NCBI GenBank assembly: GCA_045863855.1
Contig: BTVV01000001.1
Location: forward strand, 96,800 to 160,799
DNA: 64,000 nt
Direction of reading: 5' to 3'
Source: Planctomycetota bacterium
Lineage (GTDB): Bacteria > Planctomycetota > SZUA-567 > H5-PLA8
Both the position numbers and the translations under genes were made by a program. Positions 8,611-19,049 of the stretch are shown here, one piece after another. The notes under the pieces were generated by a model. It ran no database searches, was not told the origin of the DNA, and saw only the letters and a list, made by a program, of their open reading frames with translations. How positions within the stretch are numbered: position 1 is the first letter of the stretch; every line of letters starts with the position of its first letter.

Positions 8611-9846
8611 TTACTTTCCCGCGCCCGGCGTTTCGTATTCCGGTGCCTGCGTTTTTTCGGGCACGGGCGGAATATTCGGCGGCGCGGGCCGCTCTTCGAT
8701 CTTCGGCGGCGTGGGACGTTCGGGCGGCGGCGCGGGCACTTCGGGCGGACCGGGCAGCCGGGGCGACGGCTCGAGCGGCAGATCCGGCGCGCGCTCCTTC
8801 AGGCGTTCCGGATCGGGCACCAAGGCCAGGTGCACGTACTTCTCGAGCTTGAAGACATCCTTGCGCCCTTCGACCTGCGCGACCGCGTAGTCTTCGCCCA
8901 CCTGCCCGAAGCGCAGGCGGAAGACCGTCCCGTCGATGAGCGTGATCTTGGTGGTGGCCGCCGGCGGCTGGATGCCCAGCGCTTCGCGCGGCAGGTCGTC
9001 GGCGTAGCTCTTGGCGTTGAGCCACGCGGCGGTGGAGCAGATCGCGCGGACGGTGCCGTCGTTGGCGAGCGCCTCCTCGGGCTCGACGAGCTTCCACACC
9101 ATCTTCGGGCCTTCTTGCCGGGTCTCTTCGCCGCCCGCGCCGGTGCGCGGTTCGGGAGGTTTGGGGAACGAGTCGCCGGGGTTGAGCGGGCCTTTGCCTT
9201 CGACGAAGCGGCGCAGGCGGTAGGACTTGGCGCCCTGTTCGAGCACGATGTCGATCGCGTCGCCGGCTTTGAAGCGCAGCAGCGCGAGGTCGTACCAGTA
9301 TTCCTGCTTCAGCTCGCGGCGTTCGCCTTCCATCTTATGCCCGGCCAGCTCGTCGAAATTGGCGTCGACTTCCAGCACCTTGTCGTCGTCACCGCGCAGC
9401 ACGTAACAGCGTTCGAACTGCGGGGACTTGCCGACGACGAGCTTGGCGAGCGGTTCGGTGCCCGAGCCCATGACGACGACCTCGGTGCGGCGCTTGTCGT
9501 CGAGTTCGAAAAGTTCGTTTTCGCCCAAGCGCGGCTGCACGAAGGTGGCTTTCTTGATGCCCTCCAGCAGCTTCTCCACGCGCGTCCACTGCACGGCACG
9601 GTCGTCGTGGCTGGCGAGCACCCATTCCTTGTCGATCTTGCGGCGCAGCGCGACGGTGCGGCCCTGCTGCACCATCACAATCGCCTGCGCGTCGTCGATG
9701 CGGAAATCGGGGAAGAGCGGCTGGCCCGGATTCAGCTCCAGACCGCGGATGCCTTCCATGTTCGCGGTCGGATTGGGCATCAGGAGCCAGGCCGCGACAA
9801 GCACGGCCAGCGCGGCGCTCAGGACGATCGGCGTCTTCGGGTTCAT
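8611..9846 (-). CDS. DUF4340-like membrane-anchored protein (Gld-type ABC accessory)
   Basis: N-terminal TM; two related modules; Pro-rich tail; ATGA overlap with the GldG-like gene. Confidence 0.75.
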   Translation of the reverse strand: MNPKTPIVLSAALAVLVAAWLLMPNPTANMEGIRGLELNPGQPLFPDFRIDDAQAIVMVQQGRTVALRRKIDKEWVLASHDDRAVQWTRVEKLLEGIKKATFVQPRLGENELFELDDKRRTEVVVMGSGTEPLAKLVVGKSPQFERCYVLRGDDDKVLEVDANFDELAGHKMEGERRELKQEYWYDLALLRFKAGDAIDIVLEQGAKSYRLRRFVEGKGPLNPGDSFPKPPEPRTGAGGEETRQEGPKMVWKLVEPEEALANDGTVRAICSTAAWLNAKSYADDLPREALGIQPPAATTKITLIDGTVFRLRFGQVGEDYAVAQVEGRKDVFKLEKYVHLALVPDPERLKERAPDLPLEPSPRLPGPPEVPAPPPERPTPPKIEERPAPPNIPPVPEKTQAPEYETPGAGK

Positions 9847-11576
9847 GGGTTGAAGCTCGAGGGGCCCGTGGTTTCCGCGAAGGTCCGTTCGTAGCGCGTC
9901 TGCGTGCCGCGGCGCAGCGCGAAGCGCACCACGGCAAAAACCGCCAGCAGCAGCGGGACGCCGGCGATCAGGAGCGCCTTCAAGACATTGCGCTTGGTGT
10001 CCTCGCCCTTGCCGTCGAGTTTCACGATCATGCGCGTCTCGTAGCGCTTGCTGCGGAGCTGGCTCAGTTCGCCGCCGACGCTGAAGGCTTCGGCGAGGTT
10101 GTTCAGGATCATCGCGTTGGGCCGGAAGAAGCGGCTCACCTGCGGATCCTGCGCGAAGACGAGCTTGGCGTGGAAGCTGTTGACGCACGACCAGAGCATC
10201 AGCATGCCGGGCTTCTTTTCGATCTGGGCGGCCTGCTGGCTCTCGGGATCGGGCGGCGGCTTGACGCCTTCGTCGTCGCGCGGCCACGCGGGAGCGGGCT
10301 TGCCTTCCCACGGGAACGGGAAGCCGCCCTCCAGCTTGGCCCACAGCGGCAGCTTGGGGTCGAAGGTCTGGCGGTTGGCGAGCTTCTCGGGATCGGGGCG
10401 GTAGACCGGAGCCAGGTCCTCGCGCCAGGAATGTTCGCTGGACGTGGCCAGGATGTCGTAGGTGAGCCCCGCGTCGCGGGTTTTGCCTTCGTGGAGGATC
10501 AGTTCGGCCGGGAACGGCATCGCCAGCGGCGGGAGGAAGCGCAGGAAGACGTGATCCTGATTGAAGTTCTGCGGCAGGACCATCACGAAGGGCGGGAGCA
10601 CTTCTTCCTTCATGTGGCCGGTGAGGCTGTCGCGCGTGGCGAGGCGCACGTTCGAGGCGTCGCAGACGAACTGCTTCCCGAATTCCACGCCCAGGCCCTT
10701 GAAGTAATCCTCGAGCCCCGACGGGCTGTCTTCAAGCTGCCAGCGCAAATCGAGGTTCGCGTGCCAAGGCGCGCCGATGTACAGCACCTTGCCGCCTTGC
10801 GCGAGGTACTTCGTGACTTCGTAGCGCGCGCGCTCGGAAAGCGTGCGCGGATTGATCAGGATCAGCAGCGCCGTCCCTTCGGGGATGCTGCTGGTCTGCG
10901 TAAGGTCGATGTCGCGCACGTCGAACTTCTTGGCGTCTTCCTCGCCGCGCAGGATCCATTCCCAGCCGCCCACCGGCGCGCCGCCCTGCGTGGGCGTCCA
11001 GCCCTGAGTCAAGGCCGGCGGCGCGTGGATCGCCACGATCGGGCGCTTCTCGAGCGTCAGCTCCAGAATCTTGCTCGCCGCGAGGTACTCGATGTCGTCG
11101 GCGTGTTCGATCCACGGGATCAGCACCGACGGCTTGTTCGCGTACGTCACTTCCAGGCTGCTGAAGAGCGTGCTGTAGGTGGTCTTGTCCTTCGCGATCT
11201 CGGGCACGGTGACTTCGACGCCGGCCTGGACGAGCTTGCGCTGCGCCTTTTCGTCCTTCAGGGGATCGACGACGCGCAGCTCGATCTTGCCCTTCCCGAA
11301 GCTGCGGATCTCGTCGAGCTTGTCGAGGATGTCGCGGCGGCGCTGCTGGTACTGGTTCGGCCACGTCTCGCTGACGTAGTACGTGAGTTGCAGCGGCGCT
11401 TTGAGCTTGTCGAGGATGCTGCGGAACGGCGGCGTCAGACTGTAGCGCTGTTCGGCCGTCAGATCCACGCGCGCGAAGGCCCGTTCGGCCACCAGGTTGG
11501 CGAAGACGAGGATGCCCAGCGCGAGCAGGACGGAGAGCGCGGCGTAGAAATCGCGTTGGCTGCGGTCGATGGCCAT
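9843..11576 (-). CDS. GldG-like ABC transporter auxiliary component
   Basis: RVDLTAEQRYSLT motif, YLAQGGKVL, N- and C-terminal TM helices. Confidence 0.85.
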   Translation of the reverse strand: MAIDRSQRDFYAALSVLLALGILVFANLVAERAFARVDLTAEQRYSLTPPFRSILDKLKAPLQLTYYVSETWPNQYQQRRRDILDKLDEIRSFGKGKIELRVVDPLKDEKAQRKLVQAGVEVTVPEIAKDKTTYSTLFSSLEVTYANKPSVLIPWIEHADDIEYLAASKILELTLEKRPIVAIHAPPALTQGWTPTQGGAPVGGWEWILRGEEDAKKFDVRDIDLTQTSSIPEGTALLILINPRTLSERARYEVTKYLAQGGKVLYIGAPWHANLDLRWQLEDSPSGLEDYFKGLGVEFGKQFVCDASNVRLATRDSLTGHMKEEVLPPFVMVLPQNFNQDHVFLRFLPPLAMPFPAELILHEGKTRDAGLTYDILATSSEHSWREDLAPVYRPDPEKLANRQTFDPKLPLWAKLEGGFPFPWEGKPAPAWPRDDEGVKPPPDPESQQAAQIEKKPGMLMLWSCVNSFHAKLVFAQDPQVSRFFRPNAMILNNLAEAFSVGGELSQLRSKRYETRMIVKLDGKGEDTKRNVLKALLIAGVPLLLAVFAVVRFALRRGTQTRYERTFAETTGPSSFNP

Positions 11577-11656
11577 GGGCTAAAGGCCGATTCGCTACAC
11601 GTGAGCCCGGCCCACCGCGGCCGCGTCTCATGCTTCGCGCTTCGGAGCCTTCCCTC

Positions 11657-12412
11657 CTATCTGCGGCGTTCGATCACCAGGTGATTCAGGAACAGGAAGA
11701 ACCCGGTGACGGTGAGCGCGTAGACGATATCGCGGGTATCGACGACCCCGCGGGCGATGGAATCGTAGTGGTAGCTGACGCCGAAACGCTGCACGAACTC
11801 GGCCGTCCGCGGGCCCCATTCGCTGCTGAAATCGCGTATCCAGCTCACGAACGGCGGGAAGCCGATCAGGAAGAAGACGCCGTTGAGCGTCGCGCCGATC
11901 ACGAAGGCCACGATCTGGTCGCCCGTCAGGCTCGACGCGAACGCGCCCACCGAAAGGTACACCATGCCCAGCACCAGCGTGCCGAGGTAGCTCCCGATCA
12001 CCGGTCCCCAGTCCAGTCCCGGCTGATTCTCGGGCCGGAGGTACGTATCGAGGACGATGGGCAGGTGCAGCGTGAGCAGCATGGTGAGCGCGAGGAAGAG
12101 CAGCCCGGCCAGGAACTTGCCCAGCACCGCCTGCCACGTCCGCAGGGGAAAGGTGAGCAGCAGCTCCAGCGTGCCCAGCTTGCGGTCTTCGGACCACAGC
12201 CGCATCGAGATCGCCGGAACGAAGATCAGGAAGAAGATCGGAATCCAACTGAAGAATCCGCGCATGTCGGAGACGCCTTCGACGAAGAGCGCGAGGAAGA
12301 CGTAGAAGCTGCAGCTCAGGAGCAGGAAAAAGACGACGAAGACGTAGCCGATGGGCGTATTCAAGTACGCCGCCAGCTCGCGCCGCAGGATGTGGAAGAC
12401 GGGTGCGATCAT
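11657..12412 (-). CDS. GldF-like ABC-2 permease
   Basis: RRELAAYLNTPIGY, PAISMRLWSEDRKLGTLELLLT and HYDSIARGVVD; multiple TMs. Confidence 0.9.
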   Translation of the reverse strand: MIAPVFHILRRELAAYLNTPIGYVFVVFFLLLSCSFYVFLALFVEGVSDMRGFFSWIPIFFLIFVPAISMRLWSEDRKLGTLELLLTFPLRTWQAVLGKFLAGLLFLALTMLLTLHLPIVLDTYLRPENQPGLDWGPVIGSYLGTLVLGMVYLSVGAFASSLTGDQIVAFVIGATLNGVFFLIGFPPFVSWIRDFSSEWGPRTAEFVQRFGVSYHYDSIARGVVDTRDIVYALTVTGFFLFLNHLVIERRR

Positions 12413-12416
12413 CGGT

Positions 12417-13463
12417 TCAGCCTTGCGCCTTGGTTTGCGCGGGTTCGGCGGCGGAAGCGTCTTGCGCGTCGTCGTCGCGGGGCGCATGCCCGGTCGCCGC
12501 CAGAAACGCGTCTTCGAGGCTCATCCCTTCGCCGTGCAGATCCAGCAGCGGCCAGCCGTGCTCGCGCGCGGCGGCGAAAAAGGCCTCGCCCGCGGCGTTG
12601 ACTTCGCGCGCTTCGGGCCGCTGACCGCCGGCGCCGACGTGGAGCACGCATTCGACGAGGCCCTGGTCGGGCACCGCACGAACGGCGCTCTTGCGCCAGG
12701 CGCTGTTTCCTTCGAGCGCCTTCCGGACGTTCGACGCGTCCACGCCGCGCAGCCGCGCCACCAGCCGCCCGGGGCGCGCCGTCTGCGCCTTCAAGTCGGT
12801 GGGCGAACCGTCGGCGACGAGCCGCCCCTTGTTAATCACGATCGCGCGGGAACAGACCGCTTCCACTTCCTGCATGATGTGCGTGCTGAAGAAGACCGTC
12901 TTCGTCTGGCCGATGACCGCGATCAAGCGGCGGATCTCGACGATCTGGATCGGATCGAGCCCGCTCGTCGGTTCGTCGAGGATCAGCAAGTCGGGATCGT
13001 GCACTACGGCCTGTGCGATGCCGACGCGCTGGCGGTAGCCGCGGCTGAGCGTGCCGATCGGCGCCATGTACTTGGGCTTCAGCCCGCAGTGCTCGACGGC
13101 CCACTCGATCCGTTCCATGCGCCGTGCGCGCGCGTTCAGGCCGCGCATGCGGGCGACGAAATCGAGGAACTCGCGCACGCGCATCTCGGTGTACAGCGGC
13201 GCGTTTTCGGGCAGGTAGCCCAGCCGCCGGCGCACGCCCACGGGGTCGCGTTCGATCGAACAGCCCGCGACGGTGGCGGTGCCTTCGTCCGGCGTGAGGT
13301 AGCAGGTCAGGACCTTCATCAGCGTCGATTTGCCCGCGCCGTTGGCGCCCAGCAGCCCGACGATTTCGCCGCGGCGCACCTGGAAGGTCAACCCGTCCAC
13401 GGCGCGCAAGGGGCCGTAGGTTTTGGCCAAGCCTTGGACATCGACGAGCACTTCTGCGGCCAT
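12417..13463 (-). CDS. GldA-like ABC transporter ATP-binding protein
   Basis: GANGAGKST, LSRGYRQR, ILDEPTSGLDP, STH. Confidence 0.93.
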   Translation of the reverse strand: MAAEVLVDVQGLAKTYGPLRAVDGLTFQVRRGEIVGLLGANGAGKSTLMKVLTCYLTPDEGTATVAGCSIERDPVGVRRRLGYLPENAPLYTEMRVREFLDFVARMRGLNARARRMERIEWAVEHCGLKPKYMAPIGTLSRGYRQRVGIAQAVVHDPDLLILDEPTSGLDPIQIVEIRRLIAVIGQTKTVFFSTHIMQEVEAVCSRAIVINKGRLVADGSPTDLKAQTARPGRLVARLRGVDASNVRKALEGNSAWRKSAVRAVPDQGLVECVLHVGAGGQRPEAREVNAAGEAFFAAAREHGWPLLDLHGEGMSLEDAFLAATGHAPRDDDAQDASAAEPAQTKAQG

Positions 13464-13699
13464 GATAATTCCTGGTCGGACCAAGACTTAGATCGAAGTT
13501 GCAGGGGTGGCACCCTGATTAAGACGCCCAGTCTCCAGGCGCGCTTCGGAAATTCAAGTGGCGTTAAGACGCGAGACTCGGACAAACGCCTCCGGCGGCC
13601 TTCCGGAGCTCCGATTTGCGTTTTGCGGGGTGCGTAAGGCATATTGCCCTACTCGTCTTTGCGGAAGACGACGCCGAACTCGAATCCCTTGGGTGCTTT

Positions 13700-15166
13700 G
13701 TGCTCGAGAAGGACCTGGACCGGACGATCGATGCCGGGACGGTGGAGCGTGTCTCCACGCGTCTGCCGACGGTCTCGGGCGCCGCGCCCGATTCCTACCG
13801 CGCCATTGTCTATCTGGCCGGCCCGCTGGTGCTCAGCGCCACCGGCTACATGATGATGCAGTTCGTCGATTCGCTCTTCCTGGCCTGGCACAGCGAGGCC
13901 GCGGTCGCGGCGTCGGTGCCCGCCTCGATGACGAACTTCCTGGCCATGTCGCTTTTCATGGGCGTGTCCGGTTACGTCTCGACGTTTGTGGCGCAGTACA
14001 CCGGCGCAAAGCGGCCCGAGCGGGTCAGCGCGGCGGTCTGGCAGGGGCTTTACTTCGCGGTCCTGAGCGGGCTGGGCATCGCGATGCTCGCGCCCTTCGC
14101 CGAGCCGCTCTTCGCGTGGATGGGCCACGCGCCGGAGATCCGCGCGCTGGAGGCCGAATACTTCCGGATCGTCTGCTACGGCGCGCCGGTGGCGCTGTCG
14201 TGTAACGCGCTGGGCGGATTCTTCACCGGCCGCGGCGATACGCGCACGTTCATGCTGGTGCAGCTCGCGGCGGTGCTGCTCAACGCGTTCCTCGACTACG
14301 CGCTGATCTTCGGGGCGTGGGGCTTCCCCGCGTTGGGTATGGCCGGCGCGGCGTGGGCGACGGTGGCGGCTCAGGTTTTCATCGCGGCGGCGCTGGGCGC
14401 ACTCTTCCTGGCCCCCGCGCATCGCCGGGCATTCGCGACCTGGACGAGCCGCGGCTTCGACCGCGCGCTCTTCGCGCGGCTGGCGCGCTTTGGGCTGCCC
14501 AACGGCGCGCGCATCACGGTCGAGGTCTTCGCCTGGTCGATGTTCCTGACGTTTGTGGGCCGCGTAGGTCCGAGCGAACTGGCGGCGACGGGCATCGCCT
14601 GGCGCATCAACGGAATCGCGTTCTTTCCGCTGATCGGGCTCTCGACGGCGATCGCGACCCTGGTGGGACACGCGCAAGGCGCGGGCGAACCGCAGCGCGC
14701 GGTGAACGTGACGCGCCGCGGCCTGATCGTCGCCGAAGCCTGGATGCTCGCCTCGGCGCTGCTCTTCGTCTGCTGTCCCGAATGGCTCTTCGGGCACTTT
14801 CACGATCCGCGCACGGTTTCGGCCGAGCAGTTCGCGCCGATCCAGGCGCTGGGCGTGACGATATTGCGCTACGTGGCGCTGTACTGCGTCCTCGATGGCG
14901 TAACCATCGTGATGCTCGGCGCGCTGCAAGGCGCCGGCGACACGCGCTGGACGATGATCGCGGGCGCCATCATGAACGCCACCTTTTACCTGGCGCTGCT
15001 GATCATGGATACGCAGGGCGCCGGGGTGATCGCGTACTGGATCGCGGCGACGGCTTTCGTCATGCTGCAAGCGCTCGTCTGGCTCGCGCGCTTCGTTGGC
15101 GGAAAGTGGAAGGCCATGCGCGTGATCGAAACCGCGCCGCAGGAAGCCGCGCTGGTTTGCGAATGA
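13700..15166 (+). CDS. MATE family efflux transporter (start uncertain)
   Basis: About 12 TMs; GFFTGRGDTR, GFPALGMAGAAWAT, GALQGAGDT, RFVGGKWK. Confidence 0.9.
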   Translation: MLEKDLDRTIDAGTVERVSTRLPTVSGAAPDSYRAIVYLAGPLVLSATGYMMMQFVDSLFLAWHSEAAVAASVPASMTNFLAMSLFMGVSGYVSTFVAQYTGAKRPERVSAAVWQGLYFAVLSGLGIAMLAPFAEPLFAWMGHAPEIRALEAEYFRIVCYGAPVALSCNALGGFFTGRGDTRTFMLVQLAAVLLNAFLDYALIFGAWGFPALGMAGAAWATVAAQVFIAAALGALFLAPAHRRAFATWTSRGFDRALFARLARFGLPNGARITVEVFAWSMFLTFVGRVGPSELAATGIAWRINGIAFFPLIGLSTAIATLVGHAQGAGEPQRAVNVTRRGLIVAEAWMLASALLFVCCPEWLFGHFHDPRTVSAEQFAPIQALGVTILRYVALYCVLDGVTIVMLGALQGAGDTRWTMIAGAIMNATFYLALLIMDTQGAGVIAYWIAATAFVMLQALVWLARFVGGKWKAMRVIETAPQEAALVCE

Positions 15167-15184
15167 GCCGCAGCCGCGGCGCGC

Positions 15185-17989
15185 CTACTTCCCGCGCTTC
15201 GCTTCCAGTCCCTGCAGGTAGGTTTTGAGTTCGCTCAGTTCGTGCTGGTGCTCGCGGAAGTCCTTGTCGTTCCGGATCAGCTTGATGGCCGATTCGTAAT
15301 CGCCGGCCTTCACGAACGGTTCCGCCTGCTTCTTCAGCCGGTCGGTGATGTCCAGCAGCAGCCCGTATTTTTCGTTTGCGGCCTTGGCTTTCGCCAGGAG
15401 CTCTTGAGCGCCATTCGCGGCGGCCGTGTCCTTGTAGTCGCGCAGGATCTTGTTGCAGAGCACCACGGCGACCTGCAGCGCGTCGCCGCCCTGTTCCATC
15501 GCCTTCTGCGCGCGGTCCAGTTCGCGCGCGGCGGCTTCTTCGTTCGCCTGATTCTTGCCCGAGGCCCGCGCCGCCTCGATTTGCGCCATCGCGTTCTTGA
15601 TGTCGCTCACCTTCGGCGTGTCGGCCCACTTCGAGGCCAGATCGGTCAGCACTTTTTCCACCGCGTCGGCTGCGCCGGCGCCGAACTGCTTCAGCAGCCC
15701 CAACTGGCGTCCCATCTCGTCCTCGTCCTTCTTCCACGCGCTGTCCAAAAGCGAGCGTGCGGCGTCCACCTTCTGCCGGGCTTCGTCGAACTTGCTGCGG
15801 AACTTCGCGTCGATCTCCTGGCAGCGCCGGAACGCCTGCGACCACTGTTCCTTGCGCATCGCTTCGTCGAGATCCTGCAGCTTTGTCGCCAGAATCTGCT
15901 TCTCGCTGACATTTTCCGGGGCCAGTTCCACCGCCAGTTCGCGGTCGAAGCGGACCTCCACGTAGCGCCGCAGTCCCTCGCGCTTGGTGCTCAGATAAAC
16001 CGGGCTCGAAAAGTTGAGGTACAGTTGCGGGCGCTGCCCGATGTTGAAGGTGACGTCCGTGACGCCCTTTTCGCCGCGCGCGTCGGCCGCCTGCAAGCGC
16101 TCCTGCTTGCCGCCGACGCCCAGCTCCACTTCCCCCAGCGCCTGCGCGCCTTCCAGATAGAACGTCAGGCGCGGCTTCCCGGTGCTCCCCGGCTGCGGGT
16201 CGATGGCGAAGCGGACTTCCACGCCTCCCGCGCCGGGATTGGCCTGCACCAGATAGTTCGTCGGGCTCTGCAATTGGAAGTCGTACAGCCGTCCGCGGAA
16301 CGTGGCCTTGCCGCTCTCGTCGGTGATCTGCGGCTGAATCGCGCTCTCCAGGCCCGAGACGATCTTGTCGTCGGTGCTGGCCAGCGCCAGTTGGGCTTCC
16401 GTCAGCGAAGTGACGCCCGAGACCGAGGCGCTGAAGATGCCCGCGCCGCCTTCGAAGTTCACCGCGATTTGCCCGAAGCGCACCGATGGCGTGGCCGGCG
16501 CGCCCGCGCCTTCGGCCAGCTTGAAGTTCAGGTTGTCGAAGCTCGCTTTGCCTTCGCGCCCTTCGGTGAAGACGCTCAAGCGCACGCGGTCGGCCCACGG
16601 CGGCGGGCGGCGGATCGCGCTGCGTTCTTTCCACGGCTGATTGCCCACCAGCACCACCGCGGGCTCGGGCAGCTTGCGGTCGCCTTTCTCCCACTGCAGC
16701 CGCAGTCCCACCAGCCCGTCGCCGTCGTTCTTCAGCCAGCCGCTTACTTCGTAGCTCTTGGCCGGATCGACGGGGCACGTGTCCAGGGTCTCGGCGAAGC
16801 TTCGCGTCGAGGGCGACGTCGCGCCCGACTTGTGGATCACCAGGCCCTTCGCGATCTCCGGCTTGGGCTCCACCGGCGCTTGCGCTTCGGCGTCGACGGT
16901 GATCCGCACCACGCCCGGCTGGCCCGGCAGCGGCTTCCAGCCGATCGGGTTGCCCTGGTCGTCCACGTCCTTGCTGAAGTCGGCGTTCTCGAGCCGGATC
17001 TCGGCCACCGGCGGGCCGGACGGTGTGATCGGCGTGACGAGCGGATCGACCGGCGGCGGATCGTCCTTGGGCAGGAAGAACACCACCCCCGCCACGATCG
17101 CCAGGAAGATCGCCACCGCCACCGCGCCCAGCACGCCCTGCTTGGGCATCGCGCCGGGTTTCGACGGGCGCTCCGCGATCTGCTGCTCCAGCTTCTCGGG
17201 ATCCAGCACCACCGTCCCGAACAGTTCGTCCTCCGCCTGCGCCTTGCCCACGTTCTTGTATTCGAAGATCGTCTTGCCGATCTTGATCTGCATGCCCACC
17301 GAGAGCGGCGTCTTGACGATCTTCTCGAAGTCCGCCGCGCCGCGCGCCTTCGCGCGCGTCCCGTTCGTCGAACCCAGATCGCTGATCACGTACCCGATCG
17401 GTTCTTTCTTCACTTCGGCGTGGAAGCTGCTCGAGGCTTCGTCGGTGATCTTGATCGTGTTCGACGGTTTGCGCCCGATCGTCAGCGGGTCCAGGCCCAG
17501 TTCGTAGCGCTTCCCCTGGTCGGGGCCCTCGATCACCTCCAGCACGTACTTGGGCTTGTCGGTTTCCTGCCCCTTGGCGTGCTCTTCGGCGAACGCGCGC
17601 GCCTTGCCGGCCGCGTCCTGGTCCAGGTCCACCGTGCCTTCCAGGTCGATCTCGTCGTCCGGCACCGGCGGCGGCTTCGTCGTGTCGATCTTGCGCGCTT
17701 CGCCGGGCCCTTCGAAGCGGAACGTCGTCATTCCGATCCGCAGCACGTCGCCCGGGCAGAGCAGATCCGTCGCCACTTTTTCTTCGTTCAGCCGCGTCCC
17801 GTTCGTCGAACCCAGGTCCACTACGCGGAAGCGTTCGCCATTGCGCTCCACGCGGAAGTGGTTCCGCGAAGACTTTTTGTCGGTGATCTGGATCGTGTTG
17901 TTCGAAGAGCGCCCGATCGTCGTCACGTCGTCGGTCAGTTCGTGTACGCGTTCGGCATCGGTCTCGTCTTTGATGATCAGCTTGGCCAT
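15185..17989 (-). CDS. Membrane protein with two FHA domains, TM, CBM-like beta domain and helical C-terminus
   Basis: Two IGR...SxxH...DLGSTNGT FHA signatures; TM VLGAVAVAIFLAIVAGVVFFL; LENADF...GW CBM-like start. Confidence 0.88.
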   Translation of the reverse strand: MAKLIIKDETDAERVHELTDDVTTIGRSSNNTIQITDKKSSRNHFRVERNGERFRVVDLGSTNGTRLNEEKVATDLLCPGDVLRIGMTTFRFEGPGEARKIDTTKPPPVPDDEIDLEGTVDLDQDAAGKARAFAEEHAKGQETDKPKYVLEVIEGPDQGKRYELGLDPLTIGRKPSNTIKITDEASSSFHAEVKKEPIGYVISDLGSTNGTRAKARGAADFEKIVKTPLSVGMQIKIGKTIFEYKNVGKAQAEDELFGTVVLDPEKLEQQIAERPSKPGAMPKQGVLGAVAVAIFLAIVAGVVFFLPKDDPPPVDPLVTPITPSGPPVAEIRLENADFSKDVDDQGNPIGWKPLPGQPGVVRITVDAEAQAPVEPKPEIAKGLVIHKSGATSPSTRSFAETLDTCPVDPAKSYEVSGWLKNDGDGLVGLRLQWEKGDRKLPEPAVVLVGNQPWKERSAIRRPPPWADRVRLSVFTEGREGKASFDNLNFKLAEGAGAPATPSVRFGQIAVNFEGGAGIFSASVSGVTSLTEAQLALASTDDKIVSGLESAIQPQITDESGKATFRGRLYDFQLQSPTNYLVQANPGAGGVEVRFAIDPQPGSTGKPRLTFYLEGAQALGEVELGVGGKQERLQAADARGEKGVTDVTFNIGQRPQLYLNFSSPVYLSTKREGLRRYVEVRFDRELAVELAPENVSEKQILATKLQDLDEAMRKEQWSQAFRRCQEIDAKFRSKFDEARQKVDAARSLLDSAWKKDEDEMGRQLGLLKQFGAGAADAVEKVLTDLASKWADTPKVSDIKNAMAQIEAARASGKNQANEEAAARELDRAQKAMEQGGDALQVAVVLCNKILRDYKDTAAANGAQELLAKAKAANEKYGLLLDITDRLKKQAEPFVKAGDYESAIKLIRNDKDFREHQHELSELKTYLQGLEAKRGK

Positions 17990-18290
17990 GCGGGTATCAG
18001 CTCATCGAAGCAGGGGGGCCTATCCGACACGCCCCAATCTGCACCCGGATCGATCTCCAGGCGCGCATGCAACTTTCTTTAAGACACACACTTATAGCGT
18101 AGCCCAGCACACGTGCAACCAACCCTGCACGCGCGCCGATGCTTGGACGGGACAAGCCGCGTTTTCCTGCATGCACCTCGCCGAAAACGTCCGCGTTCGA
18201 TGCATTAATCTTTTAACTGTAAGGAGTTGGATCGATTGTATCAAAGCTTGGAAATAGCCCGCGCACAAACTGCACCGTGCTTTTCTTACC

Positions 18291-19049
18291 TTAATGGTCC
18301 GCTCGCGGCGGCGTAAAGCGCAGCGCCAGGAACGCCACCGCTCCACCCGCCAACCCGAAGATGCCCACCTGCGCCCAGCCCATCGTCGCGCCGCCGGGAA
18401 GCTGGCCTTCCAACTGCCCCACCGTGGCCGTTCCGGGGCTGACGCGCAGCAGCGCGTCCACCCACGTCCGCATCGTCGCGGCTTCGACGCTCGGATTGGC
18501 CGACCAGCCCATGTAGCCGGGCGGCGTCGAACGGAACAGTTCGGCCACCAGATACGCGCCCATCGGAGCGCCGACGGCCCAAAAAAGCGCCACCCCCGGA
18601 TACGCGCGCGGCCAGCACCCGGCCAGCAGCACCGCCAGCATCGCGCACAACCCCACGCTCGCGCTCGCCCGCATCAAGCCGCCCGCATCCACTGGCGTCA
18701 TGCGCGAAGCGATCAATAAAAAGTATGCGCACGCCGCGGCCTGCCAGCATCCCACGAAGCCCGCGCGGATCAGAAACGCGCGCCGTGTTTCGTTGGCGTG
18801 AGCCGCCTCGCCCCAAGCCGGCGCCAGCAGCAGCGCCAGCGCCACCGCCGTCCCCGCCAGCAGCCCCGGCAACGCAGCCGGTTGCAGCGCCGCGCCGCCC
18901 GGCAACCACGCGGGCGCGCCCAGCGCCGCGGCGCTCACCACCAGCGCCTGGCCCAAAGCCACCGCGCCCAGGCTCCACACCAGCCGCCGCGTGATCAGCG
19001 CGTTCCCGCGCGGCGGCGCCTGCTCCAGTTCGATCGCTTCCGCCGCCAT
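18291..19049 (-). CDS. Hypothetical polytopic membrane protein
   Basis: About 6 hydrophobic segments; start may be 19085 (TTG) or 19049 (ATG). Confidence 0.7.
   Translation of the reverse strand: MAAEAIELEQAPPRGNALITRRLVWSLGAVALGQALVVSAAALGAPAWLPGGAALQPAALPGLLAGTAVALALLLAPAWGEAAHANETRRAFLIRAGFVGCWQAAACAYFLLIASRMTPVDAGGLMRASASVGLCAMLAVLLAGCWPRAYPGVALFWAVGAPMGAYLVAELFRSTPPGYMGWSANPSVEAATMRTWVDALLRVSPGTATVGQLEGQLPGGATMGWAQVGIFGLAGGAVAFLALRFTPPRADH

Noticed and set aside
8240..9097. N-terminal extension of the 791-aa ATPase ORF
   Set aside because: Reads through the MITE and the DUF4340-like gene; homology starts at ATG 8239.
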